64,000 nucleotides of DNA from Candidatus Babeliales bacterium. GTDB taxonomy: Bacteria > Babelota > Babeliae > Babelales > RVW-14. Made by a program: the position numbers and the translations under genes. The stretch is from assembly GCA_019749895.1 (NCBI GenBank), contig JAIEPG010000002.1, positions 133,750-197,749 of the forward strand. Direction: 5' to 3'. How positions within the stretch are numbered: position 1 is the stretch's first letter; each line of letters opens with the position of its first letter. The notes under the pieces were generated by a model. The model saw only the letters and a program-made list of their open reading frames with translations. It had not been told where the DNA came from and searched no databases. Positions 11,493-20,930 of this stretch are shown piece by piece.

Positions 11493-12859
11493 GAATCTTC
11501 CGGAAATAACTGTAACAATTCGTAAACATTTTTAAAAGTCACCAGATTGCAAGAACTGGTGACTTTTTGATTTTTAGCCACAAAAACATGTTCCAAACCA
11601 AATTTTTCAACCTCTTTTATGCACGCAGAAACTTGATTTGCAGGCTTAACTTGCCCCGTCAAACTTAACTCTGCAATAGCCACAGAATGGCCTGGGAGCG
11701 GTTTTTGAAAATAACTTGAAAGCAGCGCAAGCGCTATCCCGAGATCGCTGGAGCTTTCTTTAATTTTAAAGCCCCCACTCACTTTAAAAAAGATATCTTG
11801 GCTGCTAAATTTTATATGCAAATATTTTTCAAGAATAGCAGCAATCAGCACTACACGCTTTTGATCAAGACCGGTTACCACACGCTGCGGCATCCCAAAC
11901 TTTGAACTAACAACTAACGCTTGTAACTCAAGCACCAAGGGACGCGAACCCTCAACACTACATACTAAAACTGAACCAGGGGTACTAGAACTTTCAGAAA
12001 TAAGCTGCTGATTGATATTGGTAACTTCTGCCAAGCCATGCTCTTCCATTTGAAAGAAACCAACTTCATTAATAGCACCAAAACGGTTTTTAACCGAACG
12101 TAAAACGCGCGTTTGCCAACGATCTTCAGCATTCAAGTAAAAAACCGCATCCACAATATGCTCTAAAACCTTGGGACCTGCCATCTGACCTTCTTTGGTC
12201 ACATGACCGGTAACCAACACAGCAACATTGTTTTCTTTGGCAAATTTCATAAGCCTAAAACCAACCTCACGCAACTGGGCAACAGTACCGGGAATAACAT
12301 GAGAATCAAATGAAAGATGACAGTTTTGAATTGAGTCTAAAATAAGTAAATCTGGTTTATGCTCCAAACCAGTAGCAATAATACTTTCTAAATCTGGCTG
12401 ATCAGAAAAGAGTAAATTTGTGGTGCCCACACCAAGTCTACTGGCTCTATTTTTTACTTGGTGCAAGGCCTCTTCAGAAGAAATATAAATAACTTTGTGG
12501 CGCTGCGCAATGCGATTGGCTACCTGCATTAAGAGCGTAGATTTTCCAATGCCTGGGTCGCCCGTCAAAATAATAAACGAGCCTGGCAACACACCACCAC
12601 CAAGCACCCGGTCCCACTCTTGCATACCAGAACACATGCGCTCTTGCGCTTCATCTTCAATTTGGCTCAAATTTACCAAACTAGTGGGCTTGGCCGCAAC
12701 AACACGAGCTCCTTTTGCCAACGACCCGCTCGAAATAGCCGAAATTTGCCGCTCAATGAAACTGTTCCATTCGCTGCACCCAGGACAACACCCAACCCAT
12801 TTTACGCTTACATAATGGCAATTGGTACATGAATACGTTAATTTTTGCTTAACTGCCAA
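11489..12859 (-). CDS. radA: DNA repair protein RadA/Sms
   Basis: N-terminal C4 zinc finger (CTNC...CPGC), Walker A GDPGIGKST, the KNRFG motif and a Lon-protease-like C-domain. Confidence 0.95.
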   Translation of the reverse strand: MAVKQKLTYSCTNCHYVSVKWVGCCPGCSEWNSFIERQISAISSGSLAKGARVVAAKPTSLVNLSQIEDEAQERMCSGMQEWDRVLGGGVLPGSFIILTGDPGIGKSTLLMQVANRIAQRHKVIYISSEEALHQVKNRASRLGVGTTNLLFSDQPDLESIIATGLEHKPDLLILDSIQNCHLSFDSHVIPGTVAQLREVGFRLMKFAKENNVAVLVTGHVTKEGQMAGPKVLEHIVDAVFYLNAEDRWQTRVLRSVKNRFGAINEVGFFQMEEHGLAEVTNINQQLISESSSTPGSVLVCSVEGSRPLVLELQALVVSSKFGMPQRVVTGLDQKRVVLIAAILEKYLHIKFSSQDIFFKVSGGFKIKESSSDLGIALALLSSYFQKPLPGHSVAIAELSLTGQVKPANQVSACIKEVEKFGLEHVFVAKNQKVTSSCNLVTFKNVYELLQLFPEDS

Positions 12860-12867
12860 GAATATTC

Positions 12868-13509
12868 CTAATTAGTTATTTGAGTTGCGGAATATTTTTT
12901 GCGATAAACAGGGAACTTATCAATTTCAAAACAATTTCTGCACCGGGCTTCATAGCATTCTTCTGCACCAACCAAAATAATTGGATCTTCATACCGCGCA
13001 GACTTACCATTAACTATTCGCTGCGTATGATAAGCATCGCGCCCGCATTTAACACAAATCGCTTTGAGCTTGGTTACTTCATCGGCAACGGCCATGAGCA
13101 AGGGCGTTATGCCAAAAGGTTCACCACGAAAGTCAAGATCAAGGCCGGCAACAATTACACGCTTACCTTTATCAATAAGCTTACAAATAACATCAATAAC
13201 TTCATTGGGGAAAAATTGAATCTCATCAAAACCAACAACATCAACAGCATCACTAGCCAAATCCAAAATCTTTTCAACACCAGAGTCAATGGGAAAAGCA
13301 AGGCGCTCGCGGCCGTCATGAGAAACAATACATGATTCATTTTTGCGCGTATCTATTGAATGTTTAATCACCAAAACCGACTGCTTGGCAAATTCTGCAC
13401 GCTTTAAGCGGCGCATGAGTTCTTCAGTTTTTCCTGAAAACATTGAGCCACAAACAACTTCCAATCTGCCTTTTTTATTATTGTTATGCAACATACGCCG
13501 GTTCTCCAT
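12868..13509 (-). CDS. tdk: Thymidine kinase
   Basis: P-loop GSMFSGKTEEL and C-terminal zinc-binding cysteines (CVKCG ... CRNC). The start could instead be the internal Met 5 codons downstream. Confidence 0.9.
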   Translation of the reverse strand: MENRRMLHNNNKKGRLEVVCGSMFSGKTEELMRRLKRAEFAKQSVLVIKHSIDTRKNESCIVSHDGRERLAFPIDSGVEKILDLASDAVDVVGFDEIQFFPNEVIDVICKLIDKGKRVIVAGLDLDFRGEPFGITPLLMAVADEVTKLKAICVKCGRDAYHTQRIVNGKSARYEDPIILVGAEECYEARCRNCFEIDKFPVYRKKYSATQITN

Positions 13510-13626
13510 TCGTTACAAAATTTAAGTTTTTTTCATTCACAACCAGAGTATAGCAAGCTTTAGGATCAACAAAAAGAAACTGGTTGGACATTATCTACAA
13601 ACGTCCAACCAGGTATAAAAACTTCT

Positions 13627-15489
13627 CTAGCATTTTGTTTCAGTATCTGTTGGCAATGGCGCCATCTTCTTCAAAGCCCATTCCATACCATTTAAGGTTT
13701 TGTGCCAAGCTGTCCCAACCATGTTCCTAAACCATGATGATTTTTGTGCTGGTGCAGTAGCTTTAGTTGTCAGATTTTCCGACGATATTTGTTGCTGAGA
13801 AATCTCCCTCACCAGAGAAGGGCGAGATGATGACAAGGACGAGTTGACTGAAGACGATGTGGCAACCGCTACCCTTTGATCTGTTAAATTTTGGGAACTA
13901 GGCGATGAATTGGCACTTGAATTACTGCCATATTGGGGCAATAACGGTGCAGTTGTTGTTTGACCACTGTTCACACGTTGAGAACTTGACGATTGCTGAG
14001 TAACCACGACCTCAGTAGGTGGTTGCGTCACGGTAACTACCTGCGCTGTCTGCGTAGACGGTGGCGTCTCACGCGTCGACTGTGTTGGTACTGGTACCAA
14101 CGGTGTTGTTTGCGCTGGAATTACCCCTTTCTTCACCACAGGTAGCGCCCGAGCTATAAGCTTTTGTGGCCAATTAAGTGGGTTTAATGACGAACCTTGA
14201 TCAGCTCTGCGTTTATATTCCTCAAAAGTTTCAACTCTATCCGCAAGATTTTTCAACTTGGTTACCTTCTCATTAAGCCCGACTTTTTCATCAAGCTGAT
14301 CGATTAAGCTACTTGCTAAACCTTGACGCGCCGAGCCAGGCTTAGCTTTTGGCTTGGCAACAACAGTTTGCTTGTTTCCAGTATCAGAAGGCCTACTTTT
14401 TGGTTGCTCTGTCGTTGATGGCACCACAGGCTCATTTGATTTATTTTCGACAGGAGCTGGGGATGACAACAAAGAATCTCTACCCGTTTGCGAAATTGGC
14501 TCGGCTTCTTCTACTTGAGCCCCATTAACAAGAACACCAATATCATTAATTGCTCTATCAATAACCTCATCAACCTTATCAGACATTTTTTTTGCAGCTT
14601 CTTCAACTTTTTTGTTGCTCATAAAGCGCTCTGTAATAACATCACTTACTGACTCAACAGCTGTCTTCCACACATCATTAATGTGACCCTTAATTGCTTT
14701 AACACCAACTTTATTAACGTAATAGCCAATAACACTAGCAACTACCACTACCACAGAACCAATAAGTAGCCACTTTGTTATATTGCGTGCCTCAACCAAC
14801 GGCTCTTGTAATGCATACACTTGCACACCAGAAATAAAATCAGCAATAACTCTGTCGTCAAGCCCATTAGTCTGCAAAACATTGTTAATATCGCGCAATT
14901 CTTTCTTAATTTTTTCAAGATAATATACTAACGCCTCTTTCTTTTGGTCGTATCTCAACTCGCTATATGAAATAATAAAAATAAAAATAATAGCTTTAGT
15001 TAAAGTAGCCCGAAACGGCTTAATTACTTGATCATCAAAAGCAACTTCATGGCTATGAAGACGCGAAAAACCATCCCATAAAGAACCTTGGTACTTTTTA
15101 GGTGTTTCCATTTTGCAGAGTAGTTTATGAAATTGTAAGCAAAAAAACTTGCTCATGCGCTTGAGTAAAAATGCGCTATCAAAATCACTTTGTTGTTGGA
15201 GCCATTCAACCAAACAGAGCAATGTAGCACCATTTTCAGTAAAATGATCATCTATGATTGGATCAATAATAAGATTATTATTATAATAATTGCCAAAGTG
15301 ACCTTTTTTTACCAATTCATAATAAACATCTTCAAAGGATGCTTGAGCTTGATGATGTTTTTCTTTAAAATCAAGAATCATTTCTGAAGAAACGCGATAT
15401 TCGGCAAACCCAAATGGCGTAAAAATTGTAGTAATCAATCCAACTAACAAAAACAAACAAACATTGCTTGTTCTATTTTTAGTATTCAT
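13627..15489 (-). CDS. Hypothetical membrane-anchored protein with a long S/T/P/Q-rich tail
   Basis: The 620-aa ORF has an N-terminal signal/anchor (NVCLFLLVGLITTIFTPFGFA) and a second TM segment (WLLIGSVVVVVASVIGYYV). The C-terminal ~300 aa are low-complexity Ser/Thr/Pro/Gln. I recognised no family motif. Confidence 0.6.
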   Translation of the reverse strand: MNTKNRTSNVCLFLLVGLITTIFTPFGFAEYRVSSEMILDFKEKHHQAQASFEDVYYELVKKGHFGNYYNNNLIIDPIIDDHFTENGATLLCLVEWLQQQSDFDSAFLLKRMSKFFCLQFHKLLCKMETPKKYQGSLWDGFSRLHSHEVAFDDQVIKPFRATLTKAIIFIFIISYSELRYDQKKEALVYYLEKIKKELRDINNVLQTNGLDDRVIADFISGVQVYALQEPLVEARNITKWLLIGSVVVVVASVIGYYVNKVGVKAIKGHINDVWKTAVESVSDVITERFMSNKKVEEAAKKMSDKVDEVIDRAINDIGVLVNGAQVEEAEPISQTGRDSLLSSPAPVENKSNEPVVPSTTEQPKSRPSDTGNKQTVVAKPKAKPGSARQGLASSLIDQLDEKVGLNEKVTKLKNLADRVETFEEYKRRADQGSSLNPLNWPQKLIARALPVVKKGVIPAQTTPLVPVPTQSTRETPPSTQTAQVVTVTQPPTEVVVTQQSSSSQRVNSGQTTTAPLLPQYGSNSSANSSPSSQNLTDQRVAVATSSSVNSSLSSSRPSLVREISQQQISSENLTTKATAPAQKSSWFRNMVGTAWHKTLNGMEWALKKMAPLPTDTETKC

Positions 15490-15700
15490 CTGTGTTCCTT
15501 CCGCTTACAAAAGATCAGTAGTGATCTATCAAAAGTTCATTATCAATGTCCTGCCTTGATGCAAATGAGCGGCTCACTATATTAGCCCGCCTTTCATTTA
15601 TGTCAATGAGGCACACATTTACTATAATAAAACAATAGCCAAGAAGGGAAGAATCTTACTAATTATTCAAATTGTAACTTACACAGCAAGGTATTTGCTT

Positions 15701-16453
15701 TTATCTTAAGTTTGCAGTCTGAGCATATTGCTCAGCCAAAAGCATATCTTCGTAGGTATTTACCTCGGCTGCATCATGAACCGTCTCATGAATGCCAATC
15801 TTAAGACCATGTTGCAGCGAACGCAAAACTTCTATACTTTCTGCCAACTCCAGCGGCGTCTGTTTAAAACAAGCAATACGCTCAAGCGCTGCTGGCGTAT
15901 AAGCATAAATACCAATGTGTTGGTAATAAAATTGCTCAAGATTTTTTTCACGATAAAAAGGGATTGGGCTTCGCGAAAAATAAAGCGCTTTGCCAGTAAT
16001 ATCACTAACCACTTTAACAACGTTTGGAGAAAAAATAACACTATCTTCAAAAATGCGCTTTTTAAGCGTCCACATATCAGCACCATCGTGCAAACAACTT
16101 TGCAAAAGCGCATCAATCATCATGGAAGTTATAAAGGGCTCGTCACATTGCCATAAAACCCAAATATCTGCTTTTATAGTACCTTGTTGGACAACTTCAA
16201 TCAAACGATCGGTACCAGTTGGGCATTCAACTGAAGTCATAATGTAGGGAGCTCCAATTGCCTCAACATACGCGGCGGTAACCATTGAATCTATGGCAAA
16301 AACAACATGATCGAAAAGCTTTACTTGCTGAGTCGCCTCCCACACCCACTGCAATAACGGCTTACCAAGTAAAGGTGCTATAACCTTGTTAGGAAAACGA
16401 GTTGAAGCCAGGCGAGCAGGAATTACACATGCAACAGTTTTATTGCCGATCAT
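15701..16453 (-). CDS. kdsB: 3-deoxy-manno-octulosonate cytidylyltransferase (CMP-Kdo synthetase)
   Basis: The N-terminal IPARLASTRFPNKVIAPLLGKPLLQWV is typical of KdsB. 250 aa. Confidence 0.9.
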   Translation of the reverse strand: MIGNKTVACVIPARLASTRFPNKVIAPLLGKPLLQWVWEATQQVKLFDHVVFAIDSMVTAAYVEAIGAPYIMTSVECPTGTDRLIEVVQQGTIKADIWVLWQCDEPFITSMMIDALLQSCLHDGADMWTLKKRIFEDSVIFSPNVVKVVSDITGKALYFSRSPIPFYREKNLEQFYYQHIGIYAYTPAALERIACFKQTPLELAESIEVLRSLQHGLKIGIHETVHDAAEVNTYEDMLLAEQYAQTANLR

Positions 16454-16551
16454 TTTTGTCCTTTTTCTTCTCTTAGCTTTTTTTTGGTGATATTATGACG
16501 CGTTACTATTTGAATAACGTACTATTCTAAAATCTTCTTAAAAAAATAACT

Positions 16552-17913
16552 ATGAACAAAGAATACCTTATTCTCCAACAATCATCAAATTTACAAGGCA
16601 CTGTCAATGTTTCGGGCGCTAAAAATGCCGTCCTTGTGATCATTATTTCGCTCATCTTAACGCGCGGCAAATCTACCCTGCATCACGTGCCAAACTCAGC
16701 CGACGTGTTAATCCTTCTTCATGTCCTACAAAAATTAGGTGCGTTAGTCGAATTTGATACCGAAGACAAAATTCTACGCGTTGACACTAACTCCATTAAT
16801 AGCTACGCGATTGAACCTGAAATCATGAACAAAATGCGCGCGTCTATTTTATTTATGGGTCCACTTTTGGGCCGTTTTGGCAAAGCACACGTTGCGCTAC
16901 CCGGCGGCGACCTAATTGGCGCACGACCAATCAACTACCATCTACAAGGCTTTAAAAAACTTGGTGTACAAATCACCGAAAAACGCCCGTTCATTGAAGC
17001 CTGCCTGCAAACAGAACAGTCAGACCAACCTGTCAGAATTGTTTTAGAATACCCAAGTGTTGGCGCAACCGAAAATCTTATCATGTTTGCTGCCGCTCGA
17101 GCTGGTGAAACGGTTATTATTAACGCCGCTATTGAGCCTGAAGTGCTCGACTTAATTGATGTACTTAAAAAAATGGGAGCAAACATTACCTGCTATCCAG
17201 GGCTCATGATAAAGATTATTGGCGTTGCCACACTCAACCCCATAACACATGCCATCATTCCAGACCGCATAGAAACAGGCTCTCTCTTGCTGGCTGCCGC
17301 AATTACCAAGGGCTCTATAAAATTACCTAACGCACGAGCAGACCACTTAGACATGTTCTTGGAAAAATTAAAAGAAATGGGGCACACCGTAAAAACAGGC
17401 ACTAATCCAACCGACGACTACCCATTGCAAGGCATTAGCTTGTACGCATGTCAAAATCCAAGAGCTTTAAGCATAAAAACGGGTACCTACCCAGGGTTTC
17501 CTACTGACTTACAACCACTCATGATGACCGCATTATGTTTGGCAAATGGCACCAGTACAATTGAAGAAACGGTTTTTGAAAATCGCTTCATTCACGTTAA
17601 AGAATTACAAAAAATGGGTGCCGAAATTGCTATTAATGGCTCTGTTGCAACAATTCGACGTGTCGATTCGTTTTATGGCTGCGAAGTTATAGCCAATGAT
17701 ATCAGGGCCTCATGCGCGCTTGCTCTAGCTGGCCTTGTAGCTGTTGGTGAAACAAAAATGACGGGAATTTATCATTGGAAACGCGGATACGATCAACTAG
17801 AAAAAAAGTTGGCGCATCTTGGTGCAAACATTACACTTGTTGAACATGAACAGCAAGAAATAATTGTTTCTATGGCCCCATGCCTGCAGACAACTCAGAA
17901 ACCTCTCGAGTAA
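16552..17913 (+). CDS. murA: UDP-N-acetylglucosamine 1-carboxyvinyltransferase
   Basis: Full-length MurA pattern (GAKNAVL, LPGGDLIGARPINYHL, GATENL, GFPTDLQ, HWKRGYD). The active-site position has Asp instead of Cys (see findings). A ~25-aa C-terminal extension overlaps the atpG 3' end. Confidence 0.95.
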   Translation: MNKEYLILQQSSNLQGTVNVSGAKNAVLVIIISLILTRGKSTLHHVPNSADVLILLHVLQKLGALVEFDTEDKILRVDTNSINSYAIEPEIMNKMRASILFMGPLLGRFGKAHVALPGGDLIGARPINYHLQGFKKLGVQITEKRPFIEACLQTEQSDQPVRIVLEYPSVGATENLIMFAAARAGETVIINAAIEPEVLDLIDVLKKMGANITCYPGLMIKIIGVATLNPITHAIIPDRIETGSLLLAAAITKGSIKLPNARADHLDMFLEKLKEMGHTVKTGTNPTDDYPLQGISLYACQNPRALSIKTGTYPGFPTDLQPLMMTALCLANGTSTIEETVFENRFIHVKELQKMGAEIAINGSVATIRRVDSFYGCEVIANDIRASCALALAGLVAVGETKMTGIYHWKRGYDQLEKKLAHLGANITLVEHEQQEIIVSMAPCLQTTQKPLE

Positions 17914-18775
17914 TGGCCGATTGCCGTTGCTTGTTATAATGCAAAATAAGCTTTTCAAGATATTTATCAGCATTAGTTGTTGCGCTGTCCATAGCCAAAA
18001 ACCGCGCGGCCTGCTCGGCTAACAATGACTGAAAGAGAATATTCATAACAAAAACTTTTATGTAAGAAACCGCCAAACTATCTAAAACATCTTGTGGTTC
18101 TTGTTCCCAAACATAATCAATAGTCGTTTTTTTTTGATCAATAGACTCATCATTTTTATTTTGAGTGCTAGTCATTTTTGAAAAATTTTCCTCCAAAGAA
18201 AGCGGCGTAAAAACGGTCTTTCTCGGCTCTTGAATAAAAAATGATTTTAAAAAACTATTAAAAAAAACAATCGACGATGGAACTGATTTACTCGTAACAA
18301 TTTTATTGACTAAATCATTAGCAATACTTATGTAATTGCCCGAATTAAGTTCACCATAATGGCAAATTACATCACCCCACGACTTGTCATTAATAAAGCG
18401 CATGGCCTTTTGCCCAACAATAATAAACCGCGGACTTTGATGCTCTTCAATAAATAACGAGCGCTCTATATAGCGAAATAATGACGAGTTAAAAGAGCCA
18501 CACAAACCCTTAGCACTGGAAATAATAATGTATAAAGGCGTTGAATCTAAAATATCTTCAGGAAACAACAAATCATTTTTCCAATCAATACCCAAACGAC
18601 CTACTGCAAGATCAAGCAAGCTCCGCTTAATACTGTCCATATAATAGCCAAGCCCAGTATTTTGCTTCTCAAACCGCGCATACAAAGACATAGAGACAAG
18701 TCGAACGGCATGCGTAATTTTGCGTGTCGTCTGAATCGATTTTATTTGTTGCTTAAGTCTTACTAATTCACTCAT
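17870..18775 (-). CDS. atpG: F-type ATP synthase gamma chain, stand-alone
   Basis: N-terminal LKQQIKSIQTTRKITHAVRLVSMS and C-terminal YNKQRQSAITREVSELSAG match the conserved gamma-subunit termini. I moved the start to the ATG at 18775 (MSELVRLK). The track start is 18820. Confidence 0.85.
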   Translation of the reverse strand: MSELVRLKQQIKSIQTTRKITHAVRLVSMSLYARFEKQNTGLGYYMDSIKRSLLDLAVGRLGIDWKNDLLFPEDILDSTPLYIIISSAKGLCGSFNSSLFRYIERSLFIEEHQSPRFIIVGQKAMRFINDKSWGDVICHYGELNSGNYISIANDLVNKIVTSKSVPSSIVFFNSFLKSFFIQEPRKTVFTPLSLEENFSKMTSTQNKNDESIDQKKTTIDYVWEQEPQDVLDSLAVSYIKVFVMNILFQSLLAEQAARFLAMDSATTNADKYLEKLILHYNKQRQSAITREVSELSAGMGP

Positions 18776-18883
18776 GAAAAAACCCTCGTTTACCTGACAA
18801 GTACCCCCTAAGCTAAACAAAAAATTGTGGTTTTACAACAAATTAACCTATAATTAAAAATAAGAACAATAATAGAAAGCATT

Positions 18884-19552
18884 GTGGACTACTGGAGCAA
18901 AAACGTGATCATTGTTATAGATGGCTACAACCTCTTACGACACATTTTCCCAAAAGCAAAGGGACTGCTAGACAAACAACGGCAGCAATTAATAAAACAA
19001 TTGGGCTTGTATAAGGCAAAAAAAAAAGAGGGCGCCAAAGAAATAGTAGTCGTTTTTGACGGTGGCACCTTTGGTCACGCCTCGCGGGAAGTAAGAAATG
19101 GTATTGTCATTATTTTTTCTGGCCAAAAATCATCGGCCGACGACTGGATTATTGAATACACCGAAAAGAAAAAAGGAGAAGAGATACTCCTAGTAAGTCT
19201 AGATAGAAAACTTATTCAAGCCTGCGAAAAATACCAAGCCCACTCTATCGACGTTTTTGAGTTCTATACCATTGTTCAAGATATCTTACTCGACACAACC
19301 TCTTTCCAAAACCCTTCACCCTCAACGTCAATAATCCAAAAATATGAACCACTGGAAGACCTAGAAGACTTTTCAGCCACCATCGACCAAAAATCGCTCG
19401 ATGCACTGATGGAAGCAGCCAGCATGGACACAAACCCCAAAGAGACAGGGAAAAGCTCAATTGTGACAAATAGAAAAGATCGCTCAAGCCCTTCAAAAAA
19501 GCTTTCAAAACAAGAAAAAAACATTTATCATAAAATAAAAAAGCTTCATTAA
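18884..19552 (+). CDS. YacP-like NYN/PIN-domain protein (predicted RNase) with a low-complexity C-tail
   Basis: The N-terminal VIDGYNLLRH, VVFDG and SADDWI pattern is typical of the YacP/Rae1-type NYN domain. It starts at a GTG; an alternative GTG lies at 18905. Confidence 0.65.
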   Translation: MDYWSKNVIIVIDGYNLLRHIFPKAKGLLDKQRQQLIKQLGLYKAKKKEGAKEIVVVFDGGTFGHASREVRNGIVIIFSGQKSSADDWIIEYTEKKKGEEILLVSLDRKLIQACEKYQAHSIDVFEFYTIVQDILLDTTSFQNPSPSTSIIQKYEPLEDLEDFSATIDQKSLDALMEAASMDTNPKETGKSSIVTNRKDRSSPSKKLSKQEKNIYHKIKKLH

Positions 19553-19577
19553 TCATCGATATTTACTAAAAATCCCT

Positions 19578-20015
19578 ATGTTTTACGAATTTAGCGCCGA
19601 CCAAATCATTCATTTTGTTCAAACAATACTGGTACCGCTCACGCAAAAATGTACTGTTTTTACCTTAACAGGACCATTAGGAGCTGGGAAAACAACTCTG
19701 GTTAAAGAAATTTTGCGTCAATGTGGCGTAACAGACACCGTCACAAGTCCAACATTTGGCTACGTTAACAGCTACAGAAATGCCGAAGAAACAACGTTTC
19801 ATCATTTCGATTTGTACAGAATAGGCTCGCTTGAAGAGTTTATAGACGCAGGATTTGATGAATATCTTAACACGCCAAATTCCTTGTGTTTTATTGAATG
19901 GCCAGAAGTCATAAAACCACTACTAGATCAACTTATTGAACAAAAAAAAGTCTGTCACATAACACTGTCTTATGACCCAGAAAGCATAGAAAAGAGACGT
20001 TGCGTCTTAAAATAA
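19578..20015 (+). CDS. tsaE: tRNA threonylcarbamoyladenosine biosynthesis protein TsaE
   Basis: P-loop GPLGAGKTT plus SPTF, HFDLYR and the EW motif of the TsaE/YjeE family. 145 aa. Confidence 0.85.
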   Translation: MFYEFSADQIIHFVQTILVPLTQKCTVFTLTGPLGAGKTTLVKEILRQCGVTDTVTSPTFGYVNSYRNAEETTFHHFDLYRIGSLEEFIDAGFDEYLNTPNSLCFIEWPEVIKPLLDQLIEQKKVCHITLSYDPESIEKRRCVLK

Positions 20016-20120
20016 TTAAAATTTTTTTCGAAAAAAGTTGAAATCTTTAGTAAAATAACTATGATAATTCTCACTATCACGTGTAAACTACGGGATAGGG
20101 CTTTATTGAAATGAATACAA

Positions 20121-20205
20121 GGGGAGGTTCCCGAGCGGTCAAAGGGGACGGACTGTAAATCCGTTGGCGACGCCTTCACAGGTTCGAATCCTGTTCTCCC
20201 CACCA
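20121..20205 (+). tRNA. tRNA-Tyr (anticodon GTA), long variable arm
   Basis: Acceptor GGGGAGG/TCTCCCC, anticodon stem ACGGA/TCCGT with loop CTGTAAA, a long extra arm, T-loop TTCGAAT, encoded CCA. Confidence 0.9.
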
Positions 20206-20229
20206 TAATAATTAGAGCGCGGATAATGC

Positions 20230-20306
20230 GCGGGAATAGCTCAATTGGCTAGAGCGACAGCCTTCCAAGCTGTAGGTTGCGGGTTCGAGCCCCGTTTCCC
20301 GCTCCA
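20230..20306 (+). tRNA. tRNA-Gly (anticodon TCC)
   Basis: Acceptor GCGGGAA/TTCCCGC, anticodon stem ACAGC/GCTGT with loop CTTCCAA, T-loop TTCGAGC, encoded CCA. Confidence 0.9.
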
Positions 20307-20318
20307 GAAGAGAATTTT

Positions 20319-20394
20319 GCTGGCATAGCTCAGTTGGTAGAGCAGCTGATTTGTAATCAGCAGGTCACTGGTTCAAGTCCAGTTGCCAGCTCCA
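20319..20394 (+). tRNA. tRNA-Thr (anticodon TGT)
   Basis: Acceptor GCTGGCA/TGCCAGC, anticodon stem GCTGA/TCAGC with loop TTTGTAA, T-loop TTCAAGT, encoded CCA. Confidence 0.9.
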
Positions 20395-20537
20395 TTTTTT
20401 ATAACATTTTGCCCATTATGTGATGCAATTTGTAAAATTTGTGAAAAAACGAAAGTTAAGGTAAGCTAACAATAAGCTGAATTAACATACACAGCCCACT
20501 GAAATAAAGATCGATTAAAGTAATACGAGAGACAAAC

Positions 20538-20613
20538 GCCCACGTAGCTCAGTTGGTAGAGCACTTCCTTGGTAAGGGAGAGGTCACCGGTTCAATCCCG
20601 GTCGCGGGCTCCA
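20538..20613 (+). tRNA. tRNA-Thr (anticodon GGT)
   Basis: Acceptor GCCCACG/CGCGGGC (one A-C mismatch at pair 5), anticodon stem CTTCC/GGGAG with loop TTGGTAA, T-loop TTCAATC, encoded CCA. Confidence 0.85.
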
Positions 20614-20652
20614 GTTCACAAACCTCACGCTAGTTTTGATGAAAGTTCGACT

Positions 20653-20811
20653 ATGGCTAAAAATAGAATAATAATGCATCTTGAATGCAAAGATTGTAAC
20701 CTTAGAAATTATAGTAAAAAAGTTTCTAAGAAGCGAGCTTTCGGCAAGTTGGCATTGAACAAGTATTGTTCAACATGCAAAAAGCATTCAACACATAAAG
20801 AAACTAAGTAG
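20653..20811 (+). CDS. rpmG: 50S ribosomal protein L33 (Cys4 zinc-binding form)
   Basis: MAKNRIIMHLECKDCNLRNY...CSTCKKHSTHKETK. The track ORF start at 20569 runs across the tRNA-Thr, so I used the ATG at 20653 instead. Confidence 0.9.
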   Translation: MAKNRIIMHLECKDCNLRNYSKKVSKKRAFGKLALNKYCSTCKKHSTHKETK

Positions 20812-20817
20812 ATCTGT

Positions 20818-20893
20818 AGGTCAGTAGCTCCAATGGTAGAGCAGCGGACTCCAAATCCGCGTGTTGGGGGTTCGAATCCCTCCTGACCTGCCA
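20818..20893 (+). tRNA. tRNA-Trp (anticodon CCA)
   Basis: Acceptor AGGTCAG/CTGACCT, anticodon stem GCGGA/TCCGC with loop CTCCAAA, T-loop TTCGAAT, encoded CCA. Confidence 0.9.
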
Positions 20894-20930
20894 ATCTTAC
20901 AGGGTGAAGAAAAAGGTAAAGAGTGCGAAA

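Noticed and set aside
12880-13335. 151-aa plus-strand ORF antisense to tdk
   Set aside because: The tdk frame carries the P-loop and zinc-ribbon motifs. The antisense translation is Asn/Ile/Phe-rich noise typical of AT-rich DNA.
19970-20206. 78-aa minus-strand ORF downstream of tsaE
   Set aside because: It is the antisense translation of tRNA-Tyr; the GFEPV peptide is the usual signature of a translated T-arm. It is not a gene.
20569-20652. N-terminal 28-codon extension of rpmG in the ORF track
   Set aside because: The extension reads through the 3' half of tRNA-Thr(GGT). A proper ATG at 20653 gives a canonical 52-aa L33.
20709-20894. 61-aa minus-strand ORF
   Set aside because: It is antisense to rpmG and tRNA-Trp and again contains a GFEPP T-arm artefact.
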